Assembly (NCBI GenBank): GCA_963806225.1
Contig: CAWDXG010000004.1
Span: forward strand, 2,176,001-2,240,000
Length of the DNA: 64,000 bases
Reading direction: 5' to 3'
From: an uncultured delta proteobacterium
Lineage (GTDB): Bacteria > Myxococcota_A > Polyangia > Polyangiales > Polyangiaceae
The translations under genes were made by a program, and so were the position numbers. Numbering within the stretch: the stretch's first letter is position 1; each line of letters opens with the position of its first letter. Under the pieces are notes generated by a model. That model did not search any database and was not told the DNA's origin. It was given only the letters and a program-made list of their open reading frames with translations. This document shows positions 32,764 through 43,656 of this stretch, in pieces.

Positions 32764-33174
32764 CTAGTCGAAGAACTCGAACTCCGCCCACCTTCGCTCC
32801 CTGGCGTCGGTGAGCCGGGCTTCGAGATCCGAGCAGTGCACCTCGAGTTTGTGGCCGTCGGGGTCGAGGACGAAGATCGACCCGCCCTCGCTGGTGTTCG
32901 ACTTCCACTCGGTCACGCCGGCCTGGCGGAGCCGCTCGCAGAAGTCGGGAAACAGCGCCGGCTCGATATCGAACGCGATGTGTGTGTACTCGGGGAGCGG
33001 CCCCGAACGGACTTCGCTGTCCTGGTGCAGGGCCAGCCAGAGCGATCCCGCGGAAAGGTAGGCGCCGCACGCCCACTTCAAGCGAGGCCGGAGACCCAGC
33101 ACGCGGGTGTAGAAGTCGAACGACGCGGATACGTCCCGAACCGATAGGGTAACGTGGTTGACGCCGGAAAGCAT
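32764..33174 (-). CDS. fosA: FosA-like VOC metalloenzyme (fosfomycin thiol transferase family)
   Basis: NHVTL, GAYL, YTHIAF, WKSNTSEG, DPDGHKLEVH, ARL; colinear with FosA. Confidence 0.8.
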   Translation of the reverse strand: MLSGVNHVTLSVRDVSASFDFYTRVLGLRPRLKWACGAYLSAGSLWLALHQDSEVRSGPLPEYTHIAFDIEPALFPDFCERLRQAGVTEWKSNTSEGGSIFVLDPDGHKLEVHCSDLEARLTDARERRWAEFEFFD

Positions 33175-33236
33175 GGTGTGTTCCTGGAAGTCGAGCTCCG
33201 CTTGTCGACGACGGCCAGCGGGGCTATGCGCCTGAC

Positions 33237-34049
33237 ATGTCGAGAGCCGAAACGTACCTGCAGATGAAGCAACGGGGGGACAAAGTCGTCGTCGTGACCG
33301 GCTACGACGCGCCCACCGCACGCTTCGAAGCCGAAGCTGGCGTCGACATCATCCTGGTCGGCGACAGCGTGGGCACGAACGTGCTCGGCTATTCGCACGA
33401 GCGCGAGGTGAAGCTCTCCGACATCGAGCACCACACCGCCGCGGTGCGGCGGGGCGCGCCGGACGCCTACATCATGAGCGATCTACCCTACGCAACCTAC
33501 GACACCCCGGCGCAGGCGCTGGAGAGCTCGCGGCGGCTCGCGGAAGCCGGCGCCGACTGTGTGAAGCTCGAGGGAGCGCGGCCGGACATCGTCGCAGCGC
33601 TCGCCAACGCGGACTTCGACGTGTGCTGCCATCTCGGGCTCGAATCGCAGCACCAGGACAAGAAGCGCCGGCAGGGTCGCACGGCCGAGGCCGCCGCAAA
33701 GCTCTACGACGACTCGCTGGCGCTGGATGCTGCGGGGCAGAAGTTCCTCGTGCTGGAGCTGGTGCCCGAGGAGCTGGCGGCGCGCATCACGCGCGACGTG
33801 AAGGCTGTCACCATCGGCATCGGGGCGGGCTCCGGGACCGACGGCCAGGTGCTCGTCGTCAACGATCTGGCCGGTGTCACGGCGCGCGAGTTCAAGCACA
33901 ATCGCCGCTACGGGGCGGTTGGCGCAGCGCTCTGCAATGCCGTCGTCGCCTACACCAAGGACGTCCGCGCCGGCGCCTTTCCGGGCCCCGAGCACGCCTT
34001 CCAGATGGCGGAGGAAGAGCGCGCTGGATTCGAGGAGCTCAGGCCGTAG
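33237..34049 (+). CDS. panB: 3-methyl-2-oxobutanoate hydroxymethyltransferase
   Basis: TGYDA, ILVGDSVG, VKLEG, TIGIGAG..DGQVLV. Confidence 0.92.
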   Translation: MSRAETYLQMKQRGDKVVVVTGYDAPTARFEAEAGVDIILVGDSVGTNVLGYSHEREVKLSDIEHHTAAVRRGAPDAYIMSDLPYATYDTPAQALESSRRLAEAGADCVKLEGARPDIVAALANADFDVCCHLGLESQHQDKKRRQGRTAEAAAKLYDDSLALDAAGQKFLVLELVPEELAARITRDVKAVTIGIGAGSGTDGQVLVVNDLAGVTAREFKHNRRYGAVGAALCNAVVAYTKDVRAGAFPGPEHAFQMAEEERAGFEELRP

Positions 34050-34092
34050 CCTGGCGCCATACCGCCGCGGTTCGCGGGCGCGCGCTGACGCC

Positions 34093-35067
34093 TCAACCTG
34101 CCGCGGCTCCCACGACGACAACGACCTTGCCCCGCGCGTGGCCGCGTTCGACGTAGTCCAGGGCGTCGGCCGTCTCGTCGAGAGGATACGTCCTGTCGAT
34201 AACGGGTGTGACACGACGGGCGTCGATGAGGTCCTTCAGGGCGAGCAGATCCCGCTTGTCCGGAGTCGAGACGAACGGCCGCAGCTTCTGACCGACGAGC
34301 GGCGAGAGGGCCAGCGACAGGAACACGCGCCGTAGCCCGCCCGCCGAGCTGTTGGGGATCAGCGTTCCCCTGCTGGTCAAGAGCCGCCTCAGCTCCCCGA
34401 GTGAACGGTCCGCGACATTATCGAGGATGAAGTCGTAGCACTGGCCGGTCCTGGTGTAGTCCTGGCGCGTGTAGTCGATGACGTAGTCCGCGCCGATCGA
34501 GCGCAGCATGTCGACATTTGCCGTGCCGCACACGCCGGTAACCTCGGCACCGACCGATTTGGCGATCTGCACGGCGAACGTTCCCACTCCTCCAGAAGCG
34601 CCGATGATCAGGACCTTCTGACCCGCCCGCACCTTGCCCACGTCGCGAAGCGCCTGCAGAGCCGTCAGCCCGGCGATCGGAACAGCCGCGGCCTGCTCGA
34701 ATGTGAGGTTCACCGGCTTCGGCGCGAGCCGGACTGCGGGGGCGCAGGCGTACTCGGCATAGGCCCCGCCCCTGATCTCGCCGAAGACCTCGTCTCCGGG
34801 CTCGAATTCCTTCACCTTGTCGCCGACCGCCTCCACCTCTCCGGCCACGTCCTGCCCCGGGATCCTGTACTTCGGTCCTGTCAGGCCGAAACCCAGAAGG
34901 CGCAGGACCCGTGGCTTGCCCCGCATGAGCAGGCAATCTCCCGGATTCACCCCGGCGGCGCGAACGCGCAGCAGTACGTCGTCCTCGCCGATTTCCGGCC
35001 GTTCGACATCCTGCAGTTCAAGGACGTCGCCGGCCGCGCCGTACGCGCGCTGGACGATGGCGTGCAT
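34093..35067 (-). CDS. MDR-family NAD(P)-dependent quinone oxidoreductase/alcohol dehydrogenase
   Basis: GQDVAGEV, GASGGVG, GHARGKVV. Confidence 0.92.
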   Translation of the reverse strand: MHAIVQRAYGAAGDVLELQDVERPEIGEDDVLLRVRAAGVNPGDCLLMRGKPRVLRLLGFGLTGPKYRIPGQDVAGEVEAVGDKVKEFEPGDEVFGEIRGGAYAEYACAPAVRLAPKPVNLTFEQAAAVPIAGLTALQALRDVGKVRAGQKVLIIGASGGVGTFAVQIAKSVGAEVTGVCGTANVDMLRSIGADYVIDYTRQDYTRTGQCYDFILDNVADRSLGELRRLLTSRGTLIPNSSAGGLRRVFLSLALSPLVGQKLRPFVSTPDKRDLLALKDLIDARRVTPVIDRTYPLDETADALDYVERGHARGKVVVVVGAAAG

Positions 35068-35219
35068 CCTGGCCCCGGCGCGGCGCAGATTGTTCGCGGT
35101 GGCGCGCTCCGACGCACCAGCGCGCGCAATCCCCGGCTGTTGAGTGCTCATTCAAGATGCACGTGCAAGCCGCAGGCCACCGCGCGGTCGCGCGACAGGC
35201 GTCGTCCCCGGCGCCTGGG

Positions 35220-35891
35220 CTAGCGCGCCGGTGCCGAGATGCCGACCTCGCGCCGCAAGCCTTCCACATCGAGCTTGCGGACGTAGTCGACAAGATCATG
35301 CCAGATAGGGTGGTAGCCGAAGCCGCCCTGGGTCATCTCCTGGATGGCGTCGTCCTTGCTCCAGCCCTGGACCACGATGCGATACACGGCCGTCATCATG
35401 CCGGTTCGATCGGCGCCGTGCTGGCAATGAACGAAGATGGGTTGCCTGGCCGGGTTCGTGACGATCTTCAGGAAGCGCACGACGTCCTCGTGCTCCGGGT
35501 GCCAGGCCTTGAAGCTGATGTGCTCGTACTGGAGCTGAACGTCCGAGAGCTTGTCCGCGTCCGAGTGCATCGTCCTCAGGTTCACGTCGGTGCGCACACC
35601 CAGCTTCGGCAGCTGGCGGAGCCCCTCGGCCGTGGGCTGGGCGCCGCGGTAGAAGCTCTTGCTCACGCGGAACAGGTTCGGCAGGCCGGGGCGGGAGAGC
35701 GGCTGTGCCCACTTCGCGGGACGGGCCCTGGGCGCCGCGCTCTTGCCGGGCGCAGCCGCGGCGTGAAGCGTCGACGCACCTGGGCTCTTCGAAGCCGTCC
35801 GGGGCGACGCAGTGTGCGCGCCCTCGGGCTGCGACGTCGAGCACGCGGCAAGCAGCGCGCCAACCAGGACATAGGAAACCCGGCGGGTCAT
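35220..35891 (-). CDS. protein tyrosine/dual-specificity phosphatase family lipoprotein
   Basis: Lipobox [16 protein letters not shown]-loop. Confidence 0.88.
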   Translation of the reverse strand: MTRRVSYVLVGALLAACSTSQPEGAHTASPRTASKSPGASTLHAAAAPGKSAAPRARPAKWAQPLSRPGLPNLFRVSKSFYRGAQPTAEGLRQLPKLGVRTDVNLRTMHSDADKLSDVQLQYEHISFKAWHPEHEDVVRFLKIVTNPARQPIFVHCQHGADRTGMMTAVYRIVVQGWSKDDAIQEMTQGGFGYHPIWHDLVDYVRKLDVEGLRREVGISAPAR

Positions 35892-35947
35892 GGCTGGTGA
35901 TCGTTCGCACCGACGGGCAGCCAATGCAAGCGCTCGCGCTCTGGCCC

Positions 35948-37141
35948 TCAGCCGACGCGCAGCACAAGCGCCATGGCCGTGTCGCCAGCAGCGCAGCCGC
36001 TGAACAGGCCGATGCCGCCGCCGGCCTGGACCAGCTCTTCGATCAGCTCCATCACGACGCGCATGCCCGTCGGACCTTGCGGGTGCCCGTAGACGAGCGG
36101 CGAGCCAAACCGGTTGATCCGCTCCTGGGGCAATCCGAACTCGCGGCCGAGCAGCACATCGTTCACCGCGAACGGATTGTGCGTCTTGATGGCCTTCACG
36201 TCACCGAGCGCGACGCCGGTGCGCTCCAGCACGCGGCGCGCGGCTGGCACGACAGCCTTCGGCATCATTCCGCGCTCGACGCGCGCTTCGGCAAAGCCGA
36301 GCAGCTGGATGCGTACGGCCGGGTCGCGCGACATCTCGCGCGCGGCCGCCTCGGTGGTGATCACCATGCCCGCGTTGCCGTCGGCCGGGTGCGTCTGGCT
36401 GCCGAACGTGACGCTGCCGCCATCGACCATCGGCTTGAGCTTTACCAGACCCTCGGCCGTGGTCGGGAATACGCCCTCGTCGGCCTCGACGCGACCCGTC
36501 TCCTTCTTGCCGCGCATCAGCCGCACCGGGATCATGTAGCGCTTCTGGAAGGCGCGCTCGTCGGCCAGGGCTTCCGCGTACTGCGCGTAGCGCACCAGCG
36601 TGACCTCGTCCTGCTCTTCGCGCGTGATGCCCGCTTCTTTCGCCACGCGCTCGGCGGTCTCGATCATGGCGTTCTTCGCGAAAGGATCGCGGTTGAACGC
36701 GTCCCACACCCAGTCTTCCGCGTCGCCCTTGCCGCCGGGCCCCGCGGGGTTCGGATAGTAGATGTGCGGGCCATTGCTGGTTCGATCGCAGGTCACGCCG
36801 AGCACGCGCTCGCGCTGCCCGAGCTCCACCTCTGTCGCGGCGGATGCGATGACGCGCGCGCTGGTCGCGCACGCCTGCGAGAGCGTCGGTCCGGTGACGT
36901 CGGTGGCGCCGATCATGCCGGCGAGCCATGGCGCTCCGTAGAAGGTCGACTGCTGCGGCACCGTCATGCCGAGCATCACCCCGTCGAAGCGCCTCGGGTC
37001 GATCTTCTTCGCGGCCAGCGCGTCGCCCGCAACCTGCGCCGCGAGCTTCACCGAGTGGTACGGCGCGAGGCTCGCCTGCCAGCGGCAGAACGGAGTCGAC
37101 CAGTACGCACCGAGCGGGATAAACGTCTTCTCGAAGGCCAT
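35948..37141 (-). CDS. thiolase family protein
   Basis: [38 protein letters not shown]. Confidence 0.9.
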   Translation of the reverse strand: MAFEKTFIPLGAYWSTPFCRWQASLAPYHSVKLAAQVAGDALAAKKIDPRRFDGVMLGMTVPQQSTFYGAPWLAGMIGATDVTGPTLSQACATSARVIASAATEVELGQRERVLGVTCDRTSNGPHIYYPNPAGPGGKGDAEDWVWDAFNRDPFAKNAMIETAERVAKEAGITREEQDEVTLVRYAQYAEALADERAFQKRYMIPVRLMRGKKETGRVEADEGVFPTTAEGLVKLKPMVDGGSVTFGSQTHPADGNAGMVITTEAAAREMSRDPAVRIQLLGFAEARVERGMMPKAVVPAARRVLERTGVALGDVKAIKTHNPFAVNDVLLGREFGLPQERINRFGSPLVYGHPQGPTGMRVVMELIEELVQAGGGIGLFSGCAAGDTAMALVLRVG

Positions 37142-37300
37142 GTATGGACGATAGGCCTGGCTCCTCGGCCCGGGCATGACGCCAATCAGGAGCGCGGCTC
37201 CCCTTCCGGGCGACCCGTGCGTGCGCGCTGGAGCGGGAAAAACCCGGGGAATCCCCGGCCGGTCTGGCCTCCGCCCCGGAACGACATGTACCGTCGGGAC

Positions 37301-38680
37301 GTGACCAGCAAACAAGCCCTTCCGTCCGACGCGCTCGTGTTCTTCGGAGCCACAGGCGACCTCGCATACAAAAAGATCTTTCCGGCGCTCCAGAACATGG
37401 TGCGCCACAACACGCTCGACGTTCCGGTCATCGGCGTCGCGAAATCGGGCTGGACGCTCGAGCAGCTCTGCGACCGGGCCCGGAAGAGCATCGAAGAGCA
37501 CGGCGGCGGCGTGGATCAGGCTGCGTTCAGCCGGCTGTGCGAGCTGATGCAGTACATCGACGGTGACTACGCCGACCCGAGTACGTTCGAGAATCTGCGC
37601 AAGGCGCTCGGCGACGCCAAGCACCCGACGCACTACCTGGCGATTCCGCCGAGCCTGTTCGGCACGGTCGTGCAGTCTCTCGGCGCGTCGAGGTGCGCGG
37701 AGGGCGCGCGCGTCGTGATCGAGAAACCCTTCGGCCACGACCTGGAGACGGCGCAGAAGCTGAACGAAACGCTCCACTCCGTGTTCCCGGAGTCGGCCGT
37801 CTACCGCATCGATCACTATCTCGGAAAGGAAGCGGTCGAGAACCTCCTGTTCTTCCGCTTCGCCAACACGTTCCTCGAGCCGATCTGGAACCGCCACTAC
37901 GTCGATTCCGTCCACATCACCATGGCGGAGGAGTTCGGCATCAAGGGCCGCGGCAAGTTCTACGATGCGACCGGCGCCATCCGCGACGTGGTGCAGAACC
38001 ATCTGCTCCAGGTCATCGGCTATCTCGCGATGGAACCGCCGACGTCGCTGTACTCCGATTCGATCCGCGACGAGCAAGTGAAGGTGTTCCGCGCCATCCC
38101 GCCGATCAAACCCGACCAGATCGTGCGTGGACAGTTCCGTGGCTATCGCGACGAGCCCGGGGTGGCGAAGGACTCCAACGTGGAGACGTTCGCGGCCGTG
38201 CGCCTCGAGGTCGAGTCCTGGCGCTGGGCCGGCGTGCCGTTCTTCATTCGCGCCGGCAAGAGCCTGCCGCTGACCGCGACGGAAGTGGTCGTCGATCTGA
38301 AGCCGCCGCCGCTGTCCGGTCTCTCGCCGGAGGAGAGCAACTTCTTCCGGCTGCGACTCGGCCCGGACATCGCCATCTCGCTGGCAGCTCGCGTCAAGCA
38401 GCCTGGTCCGGAACGCGTCAGCATGCCGACCGAGCTCCTCGCCGTGAAGAACGACAGCGGCGACGAGGTGGATGCCTACGAGCGTCTGCTCACCGACTCC
38501 ATGAAGGGCGACTCCATGCTGTTCGTGCGCGAGGACGCGGTCGAGGCGGCATGGGAGGTTGTCGCGAACGTCCTCGACGACGTGACGCCAGTCCACGAGT
38601 ACGAGCCTGGTACGTGGGGGCCAAAGGAGTGCGACCGGCTGGTGGCCGATCTGGAAGGCTGGCACAACCCGAAGAACTGA
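37301..38680 (+). CDS. zwf: glucose-6-phosphate 1-dehydrogenase
   Basis: [40 protein letters not shown]; start is 37286 or 37301. Confidence 0.95.
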   Translation: MTSKQALPSDALVFFGATGDLAYKKIFPALQNMVRHNTLDVPVIGVAKSGWTLEQLCDRARKSIEEHGGGVDQAAFSRLCELMQYIDGDYADPSTFENLRKALGDAKHPTHYLAIPPSLFGTVVQSLGASRCAEGARVVIEKPFGHDLETAQKLNETLHSVFPESAVYRIDHYLGKEAVENLLFFRFANTFLEPIWNRHYVDSVHITMAEEFGIKGRGKFYDATGAIRDVVQNHLLQVIGYLAMEPPTSLYSDSIRDEQVKVFRAIPPIKPDQIVRGQFRGYRDEPGVAKDSNVETFAAVRLEVESWRWAGVPFFIRAGKSLPLTATEVVVDLKPPPLSGLSPEESNFFRLRLGPDIAISLAARVKQPGPERVSMPTELLAVKNDSGDEVDAYERLLTDSMKGDSMLFVREDAVEAAWEVVANVLDDVTPVHEYEPGTWGPKECDRLVADLEGWHNPKN

Positions 38681-38701
38681 CGCCGGGCTGAAAGCCCGCG
38701 C

Positions 38702-41102
38702 TCAGTGCCCGGAGCGCTCCCTCTCGGCCAGCGCCGCCACGATCTTCTCCGGCGTGATGGGCAGATCGCGGATGCGCACGCCGATCGCGTCGTAGATGGC
38801 GTTGGCCAGCGCCGGCGCTGTCGGCACCATGCCCGGCTCGCCGACGCCCTTGGCGCCGAACGGCCCCTGGTCGTCTTCGGTCTCGACGAAGTGGACGTGG
38901 ATGGGGAAGTCGAGCTCGGCGATGGTCGGGATCTTGTAGTCGGTGAAGCTCGGATTGAGGATGCGCCCTTCGCGCGTCTGCACCTGCTCGTACAGCGCGT
39001 AGCCGATGCCCTGCGCGAGCCCGCCGTACACCTGCCCGAGCAGCGTCTGGCGGTTGAGGATCTGCCCCACGTCGTGGGCGCACACCATGTTCAGGATGTG
39101 CACCTCGCCGGTCTCTTCGTCGACCTCGACCTCGCAGCCCTGCACACCGAAGGCGTACGTGGCGCTCATGTTGCCAACGCCCTTCGCCCAGTCGGGCAGC
39201 TCGCTCTTCGGCTCGTAGAATGCCTCCTCGATGATCATCTGGCCCTGCTGGCCGCGGAAGTGCACCGCCCGCAGGAAGCGCGCGAGATCCACCTCCAGCC
39301 ACGGCTCGTCGGGCGCGTCCTTCAGCGTGAGCACGCTGTCGGCGAGCTCGAAGTTGTCCGCGCGGCAGTGCGCAGCCACATCGTAGTCGCGCGGCTGGTA
39401 GTCGGGATTCTTGCGCCGGAGCTTCTTCAGGTTCTGCTCGACCTCGGCCGGGAAGAGCTCCGCGGCGTAGGCGAAGATCCGCTTGCGTACCTTGTCGCAG
39501 GCGCGCGTGGCGGCGTTCAGCGCAATGAACGCGCCGCGGCTGGCGTGCGTGCCCACGTCCCAGGGACACGTCCCGGTGTCGGTCTGGTTGATGAACACCT
39601 TGTCCGGCCTCACGCCGAGCGCCTCGGCGACACCGAGGCACAGCGCCGAGTGCAGCCCCTGCCCCATCTCCACGCCGCCGTAGGACACGTTCACGTTGCC
39701 GAAGTCGTCGAGCTTGAGGATCACGCCGCCGCCGTCGGAGCGGTAGATGCGCCCCGAGCCCCCGACGTGGATCAGCGACGCCATGCCCACGCCGCGGCGC
39801 TTGCCTTTGCCGTGTTTGTTCTTCCAGTCGAGGTGTTTGGCGGTCTCTTCCAGACACTCGCGCAGCCCGCAGGTCGTGATCCTGCAGACCCATCGGGGTC
39901 GTCTCGCCGGGCTCGTTCCGGTTCCGCATGCGGATCTCGAACGGATCGATGCCGGCCTGCTCCGCCAGCTCGTCGAGCGTGCTCTCGATGCCGAACGCCA
40001 CCTCGGGGTTGCCGTAGCCGCGCATGGCCTGCGCGTAGGTGTTGTTCGTGTAGGCTAGATCCGCGTCGAACTGGATGTTCGACACCCTGTAGATGCTGGT
40101 GACCGGCAGCAGCATCACGGTGGGATACGTCGCGCCCCAGGAGGCGTAGGCGCCGTTGTCCTGCATGACGTACACGCGCCGGAACGTCAGCCGGCCTTCG
40201 GCATCGCAGCCCTGCACGATGCGCGAGCTCGCCGACTGGCGCGGCGACAGGCACGCGAACTCCTCTTCACGCGTGTACAGCATCTTCACGGGGCGGCCCG
40301 TGCGATGCGCGAGCAGGATCGCGATGTACTCGTAGGCATGGGTGTCGAGGCCCGTGCCGAAACCGCCGCCGAGGGTCGGTACGATCACCCGTGCGTTCCT
40401 GTCGCCAAGCCCCATCGCCTCCAGGGCGCGCACGAAATCCTTCTGCGCCAGAAATGGGATCTGTGTCTTGGCCCACATCGAGAGGTTGCCGGCGACGTCG
40501 AGCTCGGCAATGCAGCCGGCCGTGCCCATGCAGCTCTGCTGGATGAGCGGCGTCGAGAACTCGCCCTCGGCGACGTACTTCGCCGCGCGCTCACCGGCCG
40601 CCATATCACCCGACGTGTGGTGGTACTCGAGCGGCAGGCGATTGGTCGCCACGGGTTTGCCGCGCGCATCGACCTCGTGCACCAGCGGCGCGCCTTCTGC
40701 CAGCGCTTCTTCGGGGCTGAACACGGTCGGCAGCGGCTCGTACTCCACCGCGATAAGCTCGATCGCTTCGCGCGCGATATCCGGATCGATGGCGGCCACC
40801 GCCGCCACCTCGTCGCGCAGGCTCCGCACCTTGTCGCGCTTGAGCGCGAAGTTGTCGCGCAAAAAGCCGATGCGCACCTCGGGCGTATCGTAGGCCGTGA
40901 TCACGGCGCGCACGCCGGGCAGTCGCTCGGCTCGCGAGGTATCGATGTGCTTGATGCGCGCGTGCGCATGCCCGGAGAACTTGACCTTGCCGTACAGCAT
41001 CCCCGGCCGGACCAGGTCGTGGATGTAGGAAGCCCTGCCCGCGGCCTTGTCGGCAGCGTCGGGTCGGGGCACCTCGCGGCCGATGTGGCGACGCTCAACC
41101 AC
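38702..41102 (-). CDS. xanthine dehydrogenase-family molybdopterin large subunit (candidate indoleacetate 2-hydroxylase); +1 frameshift near 39882
   Basis: GGGFG, AMRGYG, GTHASR, GAKGVGE. Removing one base joins PMGLQ to ITTCGLREC. Confidence 0.9.
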
Positions 41103-41583
41103 GGCTGCCTCCTTCCTGGCGAAGCTTCGCGGCGAGCTGCACCGACTCGACGATCTGCACGTAGCCCGTGCAGCGGCACAGGTTGCCGACCAGCGCCGCC
41201 CGGATCTCGGCGTCCGTTGGCGTTGGCTTTTCCCTGAGCAATGCCTCGGTCGCCATCACCATTCCGGGGCTGCAGAAGCCGCACTGGATGCCGCCCTTTT
41301 CGACAAAGGCGCGCTGCACCGGGCCGAGCGCGCCACCGGGCCCGACGAGCCCCTCGACCGTTGTCACCTTCGCGCCTTCGGCTTCCATCGCCGGCACCAG
41401 GCAGGCGTTGACGGGGCGCCCGTCGAACAGCACCGTGCAGGCGCCGCACTCGCCGTTGCCGCAGCCCTCCTTCGTGCCACAGAGACCCAGCTCGCCCCTG
41501 AGCACGTCGATCAGCCGCGCTCCGGCCTTGACCTGGACCAGCGCGGGCTCGCCGTTCACCTCGAAGCGAAGCTCGCTCGTCAT
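41095..41583 (-). CDS. (2Fe-2S) subunit of the molybdoenzyme (CoxS-like)
   Basis: GCGNGECGAC, QCGFC, NLCRCTGY. Confidence 0.95.
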   Translation of the reverse strand: MTSELRFEVNGEPALVQVKAGARLIDVLRGELGLCGTKEGCGNGECGACTVLFDGRPVNACLVPAMEAEGAKVTTVEGLVGPGGALGPVQRAFVEKGGIQCGFCSPGMVMATEALLREKPTPTDAEIRAALVGNLCRCTGYVQIVESVQLAAKLRQEGGSRG

Positions 41584-42437
41584 CGTGCTTCCTCCAATCC
41601 CGAGAGCCGGGCCAGCGCGCGGCGCGCGAACACTCCGATCACGTGGCGCCGATAGGCCTCGGTCGAGCGCACATCGGTCATCGGCTCCACTTCGGCGGCG
41701 GCTACCGTGCAGAGCTCGTCGAGCAGCTCGGCCGTGATGTCGTGGCCCTCGAGCAACGCCTCCGCGCGCGGCAGCCGCATCGGGCGCGGCGCCGCCGAGC
41801 CCGCAGCCAGCCGCGCGACAACGCAGCGCCTTCCGTCCATGTCGACACGCGCCGCCAGGCTCGCAATGGCGATGTCCATCCTGACGCGGCTCTTCTTGAA
41901 GAAGGTCGCGCGCGTCCGCGCGTCGGGCCGGCGGAAGCGGATCTCCGACACAATCTCGCCCTCGCCGATGCGGGTCTCGCCGGGCGCGACGAAGAAATCC
42001 GCCAGCGGCAGCTCGCGCTCGGAGCCGGGCGACCGCACGACAACCCGCGCGTCCAGCACCAGGAGCGGCGGCGCGGTATCCGCGCACGGCGAGGCGTTGC
42101 ACAGGTTCCCGCCCACGGTGGCGAGGTTCCTGACCTGCATGCCGCCCAGGGTGCGCGCGGCCAGCGCCAGCACAGGGGCGCTCCGGCCGAGCTCCTCGTC
42201 GCGCAGGAGCTCGGCGACGCGCGTCATCGCGCCGATCCGGATCTCGTCGCCGTGACGGATACCGGCGAGCTCGCGCACGCGCGAGAGCGAGATCAGCGCG
42301 GGCGGCCGAAGCCGGCCCTCGCGGATGCGCACCATCACGTCGGTCCCGCCGGCGATGAAGCGCGCGCCGGGCAGCTCGCTCTTCAGCCGGAAGGCGTCTT
42401 CCAGGCTCTCGGGTCGGTGGTAGTCGAATCCAGGCAT
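41580..42437 (-). CDS. FAD subunit of the molybdoenzyme (CoxM-like)
   Basis: AGGTD, RNLATVGGNLCNASPCAD; no 4Fe-4S insert. Confidence 0.93.
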   Translation of the reverse strand: MPGFDYHRPESLEDAFRLKSELPGARFIAGGTDVMVRIREGRLRPPALISLSRVRELAGIRHGDEIRIGAMTRVAELLRDEELGRSAPVLALAARTLGGMQVRNLATVGGNLCNASPCADTAPPLLVLDARVVVRSPGSERELPLADFFVAPGETRIGEGEIVSEIRFRRPDARTRATFFKKSRVRMDIAIASLAARVDMDGRRCVVARLAAGSAAPRPMRLPRAEALLEGHDITAELLDELCTVAAAEVEPMTDVRSTEAYRRHVIGVFARRALARLSGLEEAR

Positions 42438-42449
42438 GTCGGGGTCCTG

Positions 42450-43655
42450 TCAGGCGACAACGCCGCTCTGGCGGAGCGCCGCGATGCGCTCCTTGTCGAG
42501 GCCGAGCTCGCCTAGCACGGCGCTGGTGTGCTCGCCGTAGGCGGGGGCGAACGGCAGCTCGCCGCCCACGGCGTCGAGGTGGGGCGTGCGCGCGCCGGGG
42601 GGCGGCAGGCGGATGCGCCGCCCATCGGGCGCCATGGTTGAAAGCAGCGCGCCCTTCAGGAAGTCGAGCTCCATCACCTGCTCGATGGGCGTGATGGGCG
42701 CGTGGGGAATGCTCGCTTTGGCCAGCGCGCGGCTCACCGCCTCCGTCGGCAACCGGCGCGTGATGTCCGCGATATCCCGGTGCAGCTTGTCCTTGCCGGC
42801 GCGGCGCCCTTCGTTGGTGGCAAGCTCGGGCTTGCCCAGCGAGGCGAGCTCGGGCTGCTCGATCAGGCGCGCCCACTGCGCGTCGGAGCCCACGGCCATG
42901 TAGATGAAGCCGTCTGCAGTCGGATAGGCGTTGGTCGGGATGAACTGCCGGTGCTGGTTGCCGCTGCGCTTGAGCTCGGAGGGTGGGCTGCCCATGTCGA
43001 GCATGGGCAGGAACGTCATCAGCCAGCTCGTTGCGACCTGCGCCATCGAGATGTCGATGACGCGGCCCTGGCCGCTGTCCTTCTGCTCCAGAAGCGCGAG
43101 CAGCACCTGCGCGAACGCCTCGTCGCCGGCCTTCAGGTCGATGATCGGCGGGCCGCACTGCATCGGCGGGCCGTCGGGCTCGCCGGTGAGGTCCATGTAG
43201 CCGCACAGAGCCTGCAGCACCGGATCGTAGCCGGGCACCTCGGGATAGGCGAGCCCCTGCGCCGAGATGCAACACCAGACCAGCTCCGGCCGCTTCGCCG
43301 ACAGCGTCTCGAAATCGAGACCGAGAGCGGCGTGCCGCTTCGGCAGCGTGTTCGTGCAGAAGACGTCGACCTCGAGCTCCTCGACCAGGCGGCGGAGCAA
43401 CTCGCGTCCCTCGGCCTGCTTGAGATCGAGCGCGATCGCCTCCTTGCCGACGTTTGGCGCGACGAAGTAGCTGTGACGGTCCTCCCCGGCGACTTCGCGA
43501 CCGATGTAGCGATTCGGATCGCCCTTCGAGCGGCGGCCGGCCGCGGGCGTGGGTTCAGCGCGGATCACGCGCCATCCGAGCTGCGCGAAGCGCGAGGTCG
43601 CGTAGCTCATGCTGAGCGCCTGCTCGACCGACAGCACAACGGGACGGCGTTTCAT
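42450..43655 (-). CDS. family III (CaiB/BaiF) CoA-transferase
   Basis: GDPNR, NVGKEAIALDLK, PGYDPVLQA, IDISM. Confidence 0.92.
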   Translation of the reverse strand: MKRRPVVLSVEQALSMSYATSRFAQLGWRVIRAEPTPAAGRRSKGDPNRYIGREVAGEDRHSYFVAPNVGKEAIALDLKQAEGRELLRRLVEELEVDVFCTNTLPKRHAALGLDFETLSAKRPELVWCCISAQGLAYPEVPGYDPVLQALCGYMDLTGEPDGPPMQCGPPIIDLKAGDEAFAQVLLALLEQKDSGQGRVIDISMAQVATSWLMTFLPMLDMGSPPSELKRSGNQHRQFIPTNAYPTADGFIYMAVGSDAQWARLIEQPELASLGKPELATNEGRRAGKDKLHRDIADITRRLPTEAVSRALAKASIPHAPITPIEQVMELDFLKGALLSTMAPDGRRIRLPPPGARTPHLDAVGGELPFAPAYGEHTSAVLGELGLDKERIAALRQSGVVA

Positions 43656-43656
43656 C

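Noticed and set aside
38702..42437. 4-hydroxybenzoyl-CoA reductase or aerobic CO dehydrogenase
   Set aside because: The FAD subunit lacks the HcrB 4Fe-4S insertion, and the large subunit lacks the CoxL AYxCSFR loop.
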